Counted from the whole stretch's first letter, positions 25,207-37,873 are shown. The stretch: DNA of 58,442 nucleotides, filler included, from Dirinaria sp. TL-2023a (GCA_051941275.1; 6 parts of 6 records of this genome joined end to end with filler, not necessarily neighbours in it); one strand, 5' to 3'. Made by a program: numbers and translations. The notes: generated from the sequence alone by a model not told the origin.

Positions 25207-26113
25207 TCAAGATGCGCCTGCGTAGTTTCTCACAGCATCAACCACCTCTCCAAGTTCCCTGACGATCACTGATGGTCTTCCCTCATCGCTTTGCACAAGC
25301 TGGTCGACCCAGCCGTTACCTCCTCGATCTAACCAACAAGCTTGCATTCCCGCTATCCGAGCACCTATAACGTCGAATGGGTTCCCGCTTACAAGCCAGA
25401 TATCTGCCATCGACCCTGTACCTTTGCCCAATTTCTCTGCAAGATGTCGGTACACACGCGGATGGGGTTTGAATTGTTTGACCTCCTCCACAGTCACTAG
25501 AGCTCTGAAAACAGACGCATGAGGACCCAGATCCGGCGACCGCATTACAGAATTGCCAACCATGCTGTCAGTGCCATTCGAACTGTGCGGGATGAATTCG
25601 GTCAGCATCGATTCCCTCCCTCATCGCGATGGAGGACTTGACTGCTCGGTTTGGGCACAAGAGTAAAACTGTACAGAGACATGCCCGGCGGAGGAAGACC
25701 TACAAGACCACAGCAGTGACGGTGTCACTTTTCGCAATGGCATCCAGAGCAGGAGGTACGTCGGGGAAGGTGGACAATGAATCATAAGCGTTCATAAGCT
25801 TCCCAATTTCAAATTCATCCAACGATAGCCGCAGTTCTTCCAGCGCATGTTGCAACGAATTCCGAGTGACCACCGAAAATGCTTGATATTGCTCTGCAAC
25901 GCTGGTCAACGAGCGTATGAGCTACTGCTACAAGGAGGATCATCCACGCATGCTGTTCAACCGCCATGTATACTCGAGCTGTAGGCGCCTCCACAAGACA
26001 GCGAGATCTCCAGCTTTCTCGGCGCCAAAATAAGTCGCTAATTTTTCAGCGATAGATTCTGTAGATAGTAAGGTGCCGTATAGATCAAATGCTACCACGA
26101 TATCAGTTGCCAT
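25207..26113 (-). CDS. Haloacid dehalogenase type II (HAD superfamily)
   Basis: MATDIVVAFDLYGTLLS...WRRLQLEYTW...LSTFPDV...SNGT...FKPHPRVY...WLVSGNPFDVIGA; two introns. Confidence 0.9.
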
Positions 26114-26391
26114 GACGTCGAGGGACGCGTTGTTTTTTTATTTTTTCCTTCCAATTGTATCAGGCGATGTCAATTACCAGCCAGTGAACTAATTCTATGG
26201 TCCTAAAACACTATCTATCGACAGTATGTACTGCGTGTGCTTTAGAAGCCAGGATCTTCATGACGTTCATTCTCACGTGACCGGGTGTTCGTAGTGCCCG
26301 CTCGACTGGGCTGGATCAGCACAAGCTCTTCGTAGACTCCAAGTTCTTTACGCTCCGACATGTGCAGAACTTTATTATTCGGTCTAGTTAC

Positions 26392-27216
26392 ATGATCTTA
26401 GAAGACGAGCAGCATAACTTGAGTCTGTTCAGAGAATGTCTGGCAGGGACCCTCATTGAAAATTTAGCGGCCAAAAATCCTTCTAAATCGAAGAAAAGGG
26501 CGGCCAAAAACCGAGACTCTCACAACGCCGTCGAGGTGCCAGAACAAAAGTGGGAGGAAGACAATGATCATGTCGAGGATCTTGCTGAATTTTTCGATGT
26601 ACATGCCAGAACCTCGAGCTTTTCCTGACCATGGCCGCTCACGATGCTCCAGTACATAGCGACCGAACTTTTTACATCCTTCCCAGCCGATCTTCGTACA
26701 CTGTCCTATTCGAGGACTCAGCAGGATTGCAAGCTCTCCGAAGCGTATGATGATCCTTTGCCGATATCCACAGCGGATGCATTGCTCCAAATCATTCCAC
26801 CATCCGTCAGCGATTCCCTCGAGGCTTACGCCCTTCTCCCCTCCTTGACCGATTTACCTCGTCTCCTGCTCGCCATCATACAAGAGTACGTCAACGTGGC
26901 TCGCAGTCCACCTCAGGCCTTGTCTGCTCCGCGTGCCTCAGCATGCGAAATATGCGACCGGAGCTGGATACCCTTGACCTACCATCACCTTATTCCGAAG
27001 CAAATGCACGCGAAAGCAATCAAGAGAGGCTGGCATGAGCAGTGGAGACTGAATAGCGTTGCCTGGCTATGCAGGGCTTGCCACAGCTTTGTGCATAGGA
27101 TGGCAAGTAATGAAGAGCTGGCGAAAGAACTGTGGACTGTGGAACGCCTAATGGAAAGAGAGGATTCACAGGCTTGGGCCAAATGGATAGGACGCGTCAG
27201 ATGGAAATCCAGATGA
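26392..27216 (+). CDS. Conserved fungal HNH-like (YisB-type) zinc-binding protein
   Basis: Two exons; CEICDRSWIPLTYHHLIPK...LNSVAWLCRACHSFVH. Confidence 0.8.
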
Positions 27217-28239
27217 AGAAATTGATGCTAGACGCCTTCTCTCGTTGGAAGTTTGAGAAAGTAAAACTATAGGACATTAACCATCGGTTGGCCGGAAACC
27301 CGGTGATTCACAATCTCTGGCACCGGAAAGAGCTCTACCTGTGTACCCAGGCTTGTACTCTTTTAAAAAGAAAACAAAAAAGCCCTCAAGTTCTGACAAG
27401 TCCAGTAACAAGTCCAGTACTAAACTACCATTAAAAAGCAGGACAACCGCCATGACTGTCGCTTTGTAGTGGCACTTGACAAAGCACAATAAGGAAGAGG
27501 GATGATCTTTCACACTGTGCTTACGACGGGCAATTGACCTGGCAGTCCAACTGTACAAGAGACGTATACGGCATGATACAGACGAGATTAAGATATGAGG
27601 TGTTACCGATTAGGAAATGATGCTACCGTTGGATCTGTCCCTTCCATGGCCTTTTCTCTTATTGCTGCGTTGCTGGCACGACGCCTCGTTGCACTTTTCC
27701 TTCCTCAGAACGGGAATTGCATAGCAGATTCCACCCTGCTGCATTGCGCAAGCAGCGTCAGTAAGCCTTTTCTATTGTATTAGTGTTAAGTTTGCTGGCT
27801 TGACTATAACCAATCACTTGCTGCGGTTACTGACAATAAGCATAGCATGGTGTACACTAGGACATTAAGGGATCGAGTTCTCCAAGTCATGGTGAAAATT
27901 GTTCAATGACAAACAAGTGATTTCTGGTATGTCGACTGCCTCAGTCAGCAGGCTTGCATGTAGAAGCCTTTCCTGCATAACGGATTCACAAAAACGGATT
28001 CACAAACGCGAATATATCAGATGCATGGTGTGAATGAGACCGGCGCGTCCTTTTTGATGCTACTAAGCGAGCATTGTTCACTACATGTACCTTTTCGTCT
28101 TCTGAATCCTTTTCCTATACCACCTACCTTCCTGTACACACAAGATCACCAGCCTTTCTGAAGTAGTCAAGCTAAACTTCTCAAATCCATACTTCAAATT
28201 TGCAACCACACTCTGTTGATCGAAATCACCTCCAGCAAC

Positions 28240-29200
28240 ATGCATCTTCCAGCTGTCCTTGTCGCGCTCTTCTTTGCTGCTGCCTTCGTCGGCACCGCGG
28301 ACGTTGACCTTGGCAAGCGTGCGACTTCGACTTCGGCTGCCTCTGCTTGCTCCACTGGCCAGATCGTCGTCAATCCAAGCTTTTATGGCCTCCCTCCAGT
28401 TTACGCTCCAGATATTGCGCCATGGACTATTCACCATGACATCGGCAATGCGGATCCAGCTTGCTTCTACGACGATGATTCATACAACGATGCCGCACGA
28501 GACGAATATTATGGAGACCCGCGCTCAATGTAAGTACATACATTCTCATGCACCTCATCAATCTTATCCCGAGTCACCAAAATGTTACATCCATGTTTGT
28601 TCGGCCAACCGACCATGAGTTCTACCTGTGGCATTATGTATGTCTGGTTGGTAGCCGTAAGACCACGGGATACCATTACAAGACACGTTAACATTAAGTT
28701 GATTACATCTCTTTGCTATTTATCTCCGCAGCAGAAAACAAAATGTTGGCAACACTAACAGCTCACTGGCAGCCAATGTGCTTTTGATTCTGCCGGCGGT
28801 GTAGATGAGATTAGTCAAAACATCACCACGTTTTGTCCTGGTGTTAACTACACACTCACGTAAGTCATAATTCTTCCAGGTCTTCCTCGCGTTAGTAAAT
28901 ACTCATTGATCCTCTCGCCAGGTTCCACGTGGGCTGCCTCTACCCCTTCAATAGCAATATCAACGCAGTAACCTTCCAGGTGTTCTTGGACGGCCGCGGA
29001 ATCATGCCCGACCAGCCTGCGTGTACGGATTGCAACCCGGAGCTTACCTCATGCTATACCCCCAATTACCAGGTTCTCGGTACAACGATCACTGGGCCGG
29101 CGTCTGGCACGGGGACTCTGACATTCCTTATACGCCAGTATCCACTCAACAATACCTTGAGTCGACCGCTTATGTTGGATCTGGTATATCTGGAAGGACA
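28240..29200 (+). CDS. Secreted protein with a CBM/galactose-binding-like beta-sandwich domain; 3' end at the contig edge
   Basis: Signal peptide MHLPAVLVALFFAAAFVGTA and a KR site. Spliced product reads CSTGQIVVNPSF...ISQNITTFCPGVNYTLTF...LMLDLV, with introns at ~28530-28773 and ~28860-28921. Confidence 0.7.
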
Positions 29201-29300
29201 NNNNNNNNNNNNNNNNNNNNNNNNNNNNNNNNNNNNNNNNNNNNTTAATTAATTAANNNNNNNNNNNNNNNNNNNNNNNNNNNNNNNNNNNNNNNNNNNN
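29201..29300. other. Artificial contig-joining linker
   Basis: N44-TTAATTAATTAA-N44. Confidence 0.97.
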
Positions 29301-29687
29301 CCCTCCAACGACGACGACCCTCCCTACCCAATCTGCTTCACGTTCTACCCACCCCCTTACCAACTGCCGGCCATACGCGTCAGCGACGCAGATGCGCTGC
29401 TCACCTCCTTGACCGCCTCCTTCGAATACCCGCCGGTGATCTGGAACGATCCCGAACATCCAATGCCGCAGGTCTGGACCCGGGAATCGGCGATGATGAC
29501 CGTGTCGCGCTTGAGCGCCGATAGCTGGGATGTGTTCAGCGAATTGGAGGTTGCGAAGGCGTTGGCAGAGGTGGTTGTGGAGTGTGCGACGCCGGAGCGG
29601 GCGTTTTTGGGCGGCAAGATCGTTTTGGGGCCCAGGCGCAAGTTCATTGCTACTGTGCTGGGCAAGGGGGCGGATGGGCGAGGGTGA
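29301..29687 (+). CDS. 3' part of a small, probably secreted protein (5' end truncated)
   Basis: Open from the contig start: PSNDDDPPYPICFTFYPPPYQLPAIRVSDADALL...PQVWTRESAMMTV...DVFSELEVAKALAEVVVECATPERAFLGGKIVLGPRRKFIATV. Confidence 0.6.
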   Translation, partial: PSNDDDPPYPICFTFYPPPYQLPAIRVSDADALLTSLTASFEYPPVIWNDPEHPMPQVWTRESAMMTVSRLSADSWDVFSELEVAKALAEVVVECATPERAFLGGKIVLGPRRKFIATVLGKGADGRG

Positions 29688-30099
29688 GGAAGATCTGTTT
29701 GTATTGAACGTGCGGGTGAGAAGGGTACGAGGTCAATGAGATTATCGGTGATAGAGAAAGAGGTCATCTCCCACCATAACACGAGTACGAGTACCTTGAG
29801 AAGATATCAGCTCCCAGACTATTTTCCTAAACTACAAAATAGGCAACCGAAATATATCCATCCTTCCTCATGACAAAAGCTCAGCTCAGCCCAGATCGTA
29901 CCGTACCGTTCCGCACCCACCAGGCCTCGCATCCACTGCCTGCAGCAGAACCAATACAAAAGGTCTCTCAAAACCCCCTCCAACCATTCCCAACATCGAG
30001 ATTTCTCTTTCATGAGATATTTTATCTGTATCACCTCATAGCCATACTCGAAGATTTAAAACCCGAATCTCAATTGAGATAGAGCATACATCCAATATA

Positions 30100-30133
30100 C
30101 AAAAAAAAAAAGAAAAAAAAAAAAAAAAAAAAA
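30100..30133 (+). repeat. Poly(A) tract (~33 nt, one G interruption)
   Basis: Seen directly in the sequence. Confidence 0.9.
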
Positions 30134-30564
30134 CCCAAATCTTCTCATGCATCTAAATCAAATACCCCCCATACTAAAGTGATAAAATATCCTCTATCAT
30201 GAATTGAGTTTCCTAGCAGTCGCGTTTCGCTACAATCTCATTCGACGTGTGCCCTGTACCACTCATTCTCTAACACGTCTCGAAATTTCATTTTCCTCAT
30301 CTGTATGAGTAGTCACAAACGCATATCCGATCCGGCGATCAGTGTCCACAATCCGTTTCCATCTACCGAAATCTTTCAATTCTTTGCTCCCTCAGAATTC
30401 AATACATTCGCTTCCCTTCAGCTCTATCTCTAGCTCAAGAATATATTCAAACAAAAATAACATCTCTCACAAAACATCGATGGATTAATTCTCCATCTCC
30501 AGTGTCATGATTAAATCGATTAAACGTTGAATGTTGAAGGCACGCTAAGGAAAAAAGATGATCT

Positions 30565-31735
30565 TTGACAAAGTACTCCCGGGAAGTCAGCGAAGCGAAC
30601 TTGGAGATGTCCAAGATCATTGGATCAGGAATTGGGTAGGTGGAGTATTTAGCTGCGTTTTGATAAGGCGGATATTTGTTTTTTGAGGAGTGGGGAAGAA
30701 AGGACATCTGTGTGAATATCAATGCACGAGTTACGAAGATGGAAGATCAGATGGTATCTGCTGGACAAGGCCACGCAACGACTGTCACGAATGAAAGACG
30801 TATGGAGGACGCCATTAGGGACATTGGCGCTCTTCAACAGTAGCAACTTATTAAGTACTGTCGAGAAGTGAGCAAAGCAAATATAGAGATGCCCAAGATA
30901 ATTGGATCAGTAACTGGGTAGTTGGAGTATTTAGCTGCGTCTCGACAAGACTCATATTCGTCTGTTGAGCCTGAAGGACTTCGAACGAGCGCCTGAATCA
31001 GGCGCATATGCGTCTTTTGAGTCTGAAGGATATCTGTGTCAACGACTGCCACGAATGAAAGACGCCATTCAGGACATTGGCGCTCTGAAGCAGCAGCAAC
31101 AGCTCACAAAGTACTCTCGGGAAGAACTCATCAGAATGAGAAAAGACTCAGAGACAACGTTGACGCTCTTAAACAGCGGAAGCAGTAGCAACATATCAAA
31201 TATCCTCGGGAAGTGAACAAAGTTCAACTTAGAGACGTCCAAAAAAATAAAATCACTCAACGACTGTCACGAATGAAAAATAAAATTAAAAACATTTGCG
31301 GTCATAAAACAGCAGCAACAACTGACAAAGTATTCTCGAGAAGACTGCTCAGAACGGAAAACGGAATTAAAGACGTTTGCGCCCTAAACATCAGCAACAA
31401 CTGACAAAGTACTCCCGGGAAGACTTCTCAGAATGGGATGGACTCAGAGACATTTTCGTCATCAAACGGCAATTGATCAAGTACTCGGAAATCTGGTCGC
31501 CTAGAGATGTTCAAAATCATTGGACCAAAGAATGAGTAGTTAGAATATTTAGCTACCTTAGTACTAAGGTGTCAAGGCTATCATTTACCTCTACTCGTAC
31601 GAGTACTCGGAAATCTGGTCACCTAGAGATGTCCAAGATAAGATTTTCGGATCGAAACATGAGTGATTAGGAGTAGTTAGCTAGTACCACCAACGCTATC
31701 AAATACCGACTCGTACTCGGAAATCTTGTCACCAG
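30565..31735. repeat. Degenerate mosaic repeat array built from shuffled modules
   Basis: An AAGTACTC(y)(y)GGgAA core or variant occurs about 9 times. CAACGACTGyCACGAATGAAA occurs 3 times, AGAGAyGyyCAArAT 5 times, GTAGTTrGArTAkTTAGCT 4 times and GTACTCGGAAATCTkGTCrCC 3 times. Confidence 0.85.
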
Positions 31736-31857
31736 GCCCGCTCGCTCATCGTGTCTTTCATGCTCTGATGATGACCCCTTTTTTAAAGACTTCGGATTTG
31801 CTGTCTGGAATTTCATTCGTATCCTGAATCATCGCTGCTACAATCTTCCCATCTCGA

Positions 31858-34800
31858 TTACCTCCCAAACCCGGCTTCGAGATCAGCTGCCCTCGTCACG
31901 CCCGCCGCAGGCTGATGATGGGTCCCACCCACCGTGGCCCCGCATTGTGGACACCTGGATGTCTCCATCGGCATGCCGCATTCGCCCACCGTGAAAGGAT
32001 GTCCGTTGGCGCAGTAGTACCAGTGCCCTGTACCTTGGAAGCTCTGCGCCATGGCGGCGTACACGGCCGCCTTCTCGGCGTTCGTCACCGGTTCGTAAAA
32101 CGTGGCGTCGCGCAGCATTTTCTCTGCTTCCGACACTTCCGCTAGGAGGCCTTTTGTTTGACCGGGATGGGCTTGGCAAATACTCCGTGCGAGCTGGAGC
32201 TGGTTACGGGCACGGTCGACGAGGTCGGTCATATCTGCGTCGGAGCGACTGGCTGAGACGCCTCGCTCCAAGGCGACGAAGCGAGCGTAGTATAGGAGGC
32301 CTTCCACCTCCTGCGCGGGTTGCTGTTGAGATCGGGAGCCATGGATTAGGTTCTCGCAGTCTTTGCGATTAAGCTCCAGGTTGAGGCGACAATCTCGGAG
32401 ATTTCCTTTCGAAGCCGTCCCACACGCATGAGCGACGAAGTTGAATAGGATGGCGTAGTCGCAGCGGAAGAGTAGCACTGTCGCTAGCAGCCGATTGCGG
32501 ACTTGCAGTACGGAGGGTATGTCAGTGATATCCGTGTCGATACCACGATGATTGCGGGCGTCTTGCACCAGAGCGTGTATGCGGCTTATGGGTTGTTCTG
32601 CTTCGTCGACTTCATGCAGAAACTTCACAATGTGGATGCGGAGCGAGAAGATATCTTTGTATCTAGCATTTGCTTTTTCGGCCTTGAGAATAGCTTTTAT
32701 TTGTTCATCACGCGATCCCATGAGCCGAATCGGTTCGAGGGAAAGCTTATCAAGCGCCTGAGAAATTGCTGCACGTCCAGACAGCGCAGACTTGACGGCC
32801 TCCTTTTGGACGGCAGGCTCTCGAAGCTGAGCTTCGGCTTGCTCTAGCCTCGAGGCCAACGGAAGGAACTGCGCATTTGCCCAAACAATGAATTTCTTGG
32901 TTGCTTCGTCGATCCACGCTCGTCGAACTATGCGGCCATACCGATTGATATTACGAAGAGGTTTCCGGCATAAAGGACAATTCTTCAAATCCGCGGTCGA
33001 GAATGGAACTGAATTTGTTTTCAATGCAGTGATCGGGTTCTCAATAGTTTCACTAGACATGGTGTAGTATTTAGACATGTCCATATGGCCATCCATACTT
33101 TCTAAGGTGAGAATGTGACCACAAGACGGTATGATGCACGGAGACTCGTCCAGATCAAACTCGCCATAAGATGATCCCATAATGTAATCTACCATCATAT
33201 CTTTGACCGACTTAGTGGCGCATTTCTGACAATAATGGACGTCCGGACATATTTCTCCACAGACGGAAGGGCACTGATGGCCACAATTGAGGACTACAGA
33301 ACAGCGTTTAGAGCATGGAAGCAGGTCACACGGAACTGCACATGGGAGTTTGCACGCGCCTCGATGTGGGCAGGACCAGGAGCAGTCCTCGACGCAAGGG
33401 ATACATGGCTCGTGGCACTTCTTATTGCAGCGCGAGTGACTGCATCGAACTTCGCACGGCTCCATGCAAGGACGACATGGCTTTTCGCCGTGGCAAGTCT
33501 CTGAGCAAGCGTGGCTGCAAGTGGTATATTGCCTACCACACGGATTCTTGCAGACACCATGACCAGCCATCGAAATGTGGCCATCTTCAGCTCTTGGATG
33601 GCACATTTTGCAAGGTCGTTTGCAGTTGTGGCCACATTCCAGGGCAGCACCGCACGAAGCGCTGCACGGGTAGTTCGCTGGAAGGGGAAGATGATTGCAA
33701 AAAACCTTTACAGTATGTAAACAGCCTGGCATAACGGTCTCCACCAATACTTGACATTGAACTGCTTCTGGATTTTGTGCAAGATGACATGCCAGCTTCC
33801 TACGAACATGTCCACAAGGTAGGGTAATATTCGACATCTGGATTTGACATTTCGGATCGCAAGGGTCTCCGCAGTATTTCGGGCACGCGTGGTCACAGCC
33901 TTTTTTAACCCTCTGGCAGCGCTCTAGGCACCTAACTGCGTCATGTAATGGCTCCGAATGACACTTATTGATACACGCATGTCCGCATCTGAGTCGTGAA
34001 ATACACTTTTTGTCGCAGCCGCCTTCAGGCGAGAGAATGGAGAAGTCATCAGGCTCGGACACTTCCATAGATGTCTCTTTGTGTCGGGGGCAGCAGAGAG
34101 CCAGGCTCTGGCCTATATTTCCATCATTCTCTAGGATGGTGATAACCTGATCCCACATCGGAACACAACGTGCAGTATCTGCGTTGCCGATGACGTACAT
34201 TCCGTGGCGAGCGCGACTGAGCAAGACATTGATGCGGTTCGACGTTTTGAGGAACCCGCATCTCCTCTCATCATTACTTCGGACCAATGAGACAATGATG
34301 ACTTTTGCTTCTTCTCCCTGGAAGTTGTCTACAGTGGCGATCCTCAGTGCATTCAGTAAAGTTGTCTTTCGCACGTGGCTTGTAGTTGAACTTGTCTCTT
34401 CTCCATCGCCGTCCTCCAATCCCTTTGCTTCCAAATCTTCCAAATCTCGATCCCCAACTACTATTGCGAAGGAGGATCTTAAGCGGTGTTTAAGCTTCTG
34501 CAATTGCCCCAAATAAGGAGTTAAGACTGCGATATCTTCATTCCCGTAGATACCTTGGCGGACAAGATGTGAGACTAGAGCAGCCGTCATCTCTACTTCC
34601 CAGGTATTAGTCTTGGAGAACGACTGCGCTGTGTCCGAGGTCGGAGCGTCTTCCTTCTTGTTGTGATCGAGCCAGAAGAGACGTCTCCGCATCCCGTTGA
34701 CTTCTGGATACTTCGACACAGATGAATGATCTTGCAGATCAGGATACAGTGTTGACCTAATCAGCTCCGCAATCGATGGATGCATCCGACGCTGCACCTC

Positions 34801-37800
34801 TAGCGAACTGTAAGGTAGCTTCAGATATCCTGTTTGGGGATGGATAAGTCGTTCGAAAAGCGAAATATCCAAAGAGAACTGGGCACCCCGGGGATTTTCG
34901 TGCTGGAACTCGTAGTTGTTGATTTGGGGCCTTAGCTGCTCGTGATCTCCAATGAGTATGGCATGTTCGACCGAAGGCAGGAATGCCGTAAGAGTATGTG
35001 CTTCTAAGACCTCGCCCGCCTCTTCCATCACAAGTACTTTTGCCCGTACGCGGCGGAGGACATCTAGATTTCGTGCCAGGCCGGTGGTGGTGACACCAAT
35101 GACATGTGCACGTAGAAGGCACCGTAAGTCCAGCTCCTGATGGCATTTTTTGAGCTTATCTTTGATGTTGCCATATGATTCAAGAACATGTAGAAAACGG
35201 CGATTGAGCTCCATATTGCTCTGCTGCACCCAATATTTATGCAATGCTGATCGCTCGAAGCCGGACATATCCTTTAGATTGGCATTGAGGAGTTCCGAGA
35301 CTGCGCGAGTGGAAGTGATCCGTTTCGGTGCTCCCCTAATCCAGCTGTTCAAAACATTGAATTTCCTACCCTTGACCTCCTGAAAGCCGTTTTCATCGAC
35401 TCCTCGTCCGAAGAGTTGCTGAAAGTGGTTATATTGATGGGTTTCGAGATAATCTTTGACATTACTCCAGTGAGCTGGATCTCTTAGGCCCAGCATGATC
35501 TCCTTGATCTCGTCAAGCACAACATCCAAGCTTTCATAAAGCTGATATTTGTCATAGCCTTCGGTCTTTGTGGGCCTCATTCCATTCGATACGTGGTGGA
35601 GGGTTAAGTCCTGGAGGAGTTCTGATTTCGACCTCGATCCCAAGCGGATTAGCTGTTCCACACCGTCCTTGACCAGATGCTCAAGAAGTTGGTCCAGAGC
35701 ATGATTTGTGTAGCATACGCAGATAATAGGGCCAAGTTTAGCGGCGTCGCGATTTTTCAGTAATGCTTTGATGATAGCGACACCGGTGTAGCTCTTGCCG
35801 GTGCCTGGGGGACCTTGAATTAGCGCAATACAGCTCCGCAAAGCATGGACTGTAGAAAATCGCTGCGCATCATCGAGCTCAGATCTCTCGCGGAACGTCT
35901 TATCGTCAAAAGATTGTCCGGGTGCTAGTCGCAAGTGCTCTCCACCGGTCAAGGTCTCCAGATTGAAGGCGAAACCACGCTTGCGAGAGTAGGCAGGGGC
36001 AGGTAAGTCGACATCCGCTGCATGCTGGTTCTCTGGAGCGATGAATTGAGGGAAGGGAAGATCGAGGGTGCGGCTCATTTTCTGGATTGCTTGCAAAGTC
36101 GGTTGAAACGATGGCAGCAGGATTCCTGGGAATTCCACAAGCGACTGTTGTAGCTTGCAAGCCTTTCCCAAGTGACCGTTGATCCATGTGATATCTTCCG
36201 GATGATCCTCCACCAGGCCCAGCATTACACTTGCTCGGTTGGTATGCTGAAATAGGTTGGGTCGCTCATCGGAGGCTCCTCCATATCTCGCCAATCGATC
36301 CTCACCTTCATTACCTCTTTTGCTATTTGGAGGGGGCGTCGGAGCAGGATCACAAATTGAGAAGAAGATCGCACGACCGGTGGAAGAGACGAGGCATACG
36401 AAAGAATCGATCTGCAGTTGTTTAGAATTCTTCCACCATTCTTCTCGCTCCCTAGCTCCCTTCTTCGCCAGTGCGGGAGGTTGGTCAAACTCAGCCACGA
36501 CCTGAAGTCCTCTCCTCCGATCGAATTCAAGTCGAAGCAGAGCAACATTCTGATGGATGATATTCCGAACGCCATTTTTCTGTCGCTTCGGTCGCGATTG
36601 GGTGTTGGCGGGTCTCGTGAGCCGCTTACATTCCATCTGCACCGCATCCCTGAACTGACCGACGGTATCCTCACGCAGAAGCCTGAATTGTCGGTCGAGT
36701 AATCCCGCCAAGCCAGGAAGATGTTGCTTCCCTGGATCACTCGAAGGGAGATATTCCGATCGTTGGGATCGGATTTCGTCGGTAGTTGGCAGGATCTTGA
36801 TGTCGAAAATATCTGCGTGATCGTTATCGTGGCGTGGACCCATTTCAGATAAGGCGCCAGGGAGGTCTAGGGCTACTTCGAAAACCGGCCGATGGCTCTT
36901 TTGCTGTGGAGGGCAGTCCCCTAAAAATGGCATTGCAGATCCAACACCAAGTCTTTGGCGTATACGGAGCAAGCTTCGGCTTCCGACCTGGATGAGCTGT
37001 TCCGGGATAGTAGTTGTCAAGTCATTCAAAATTACCTTGAACTCGGGAATGACCTGGGCGCTCTGATTTAACTCCACGATCCTTTCTAGCACTGCTAAGC
37101 TCGCTGTTGCCGCGATCGAGGTCCACTCCTCATCTTTGCCGGCTTTTTCAACCAAAGCAAGGGCACCGAGAGCCGAAGTCGTAGCTTGAAATAGTTTGAT
37201 AGCACGACGACCATTTGGGCCAAAAAGAAACGTGCAAATCGTATCGAGTGGTGTCTCCAGTATGAGGGACGAAAGAATGTCCGGGTGAGAGATAGTCTGG
37301 AAAAAGGGAAGCGTTCCATCCTTGTATTTACGCAACTTTGCTTTTTGCTCGACGCCATAGGTCTGCTCATATACAAGGGTCTTGATCATAGCCAGCCCAT
37401 CTTCAGTCGCCAGTTTCTTGATGATTTGTTGCCCAGTCTCTGTATGTTCTTTGCGGACCAGGTCCCAACCCAATTTGAAGAATTTGTCCGTCTCTACAGC
37501 TTGATACCGCGAACTCTGCTTCGGTATGAGGAACGTCCATTCGCGGAAGCCCGTTTCGAGATCAGTCCTTGGTCCTGACTTAGCCGTAGTCTGCGAGGAC
37601 TGTGTCCTGGCACCGCTACCTGCCACGGTTTCGTGCGAGAACTTGCATTGCTTCCCTTTGAAGCAACCCTTCGCTGTCCCTAGATAAGGGCATTGTTCGC
37701 GCGGAGATGCTTTAGACGTGGGTTTGAAGTCGTGAGAGAACTTGCATCTATTTCCATACCTGCATTTCCCACGGAGGAAATCGAAGCAGGGTTTGCTGTT

Positions 37801-37873
37801 AGACAAGCAGTGTCAGGTACCAATTCCTCGTATATCGGTAGTATGGGTCTAATTACGCATGAATTTCTGTCAT
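31858..37873 (-). CDS. ZNFX1-like protein: two CCCH zinc fingers, SF1 helicase, NF-X1-type zinc-finger array, RING-like region and C-terminal RZ-type zinc finger (~1985 aa)
   Basis: The true start is probably ATG 37873: a 17-nt exon (MTEIHA) and intron 37856-37796 (GTAATT...CTGAC...CTAACAG) join in frame to the 1982-aa ORF. Motifs: CFDFLRGKCRYGNRCKFSH, GPPGTGKS, MEEAGE, GDHEQLRP, VDNFQGEE, RINVLLSRAR, many CGHxC repeats, SCGH...CPLCRKPL, and HWYYCANGHPFTVGECGMPMETSRCPQCGATVGGTHH. Confidence 0.93.

Noticed and set aside
27979..28006. 14-bp perfect tandem duplication AACGGATTCACAAA
   Set aside because: Real but only two copies; most simply a slippage event with no evidence of function
30100..30133. 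Poly(A) tract as a retroelement tail
   Set aside because: No target-site duplication or RT/SINE body visible upstream
30565..31735. CRISPR array
   Set aside because: Repeats are degenerate with irregular spacing, the intervening sequences are themselves repeated, there are no cas genes, and the context is eukaryotic
2137..37873. Two ZNFX1-like genes as one immune gene cluster
   Set aside because: They are on different contigs, separated by three artificial linkers in a size-sorted concatenation
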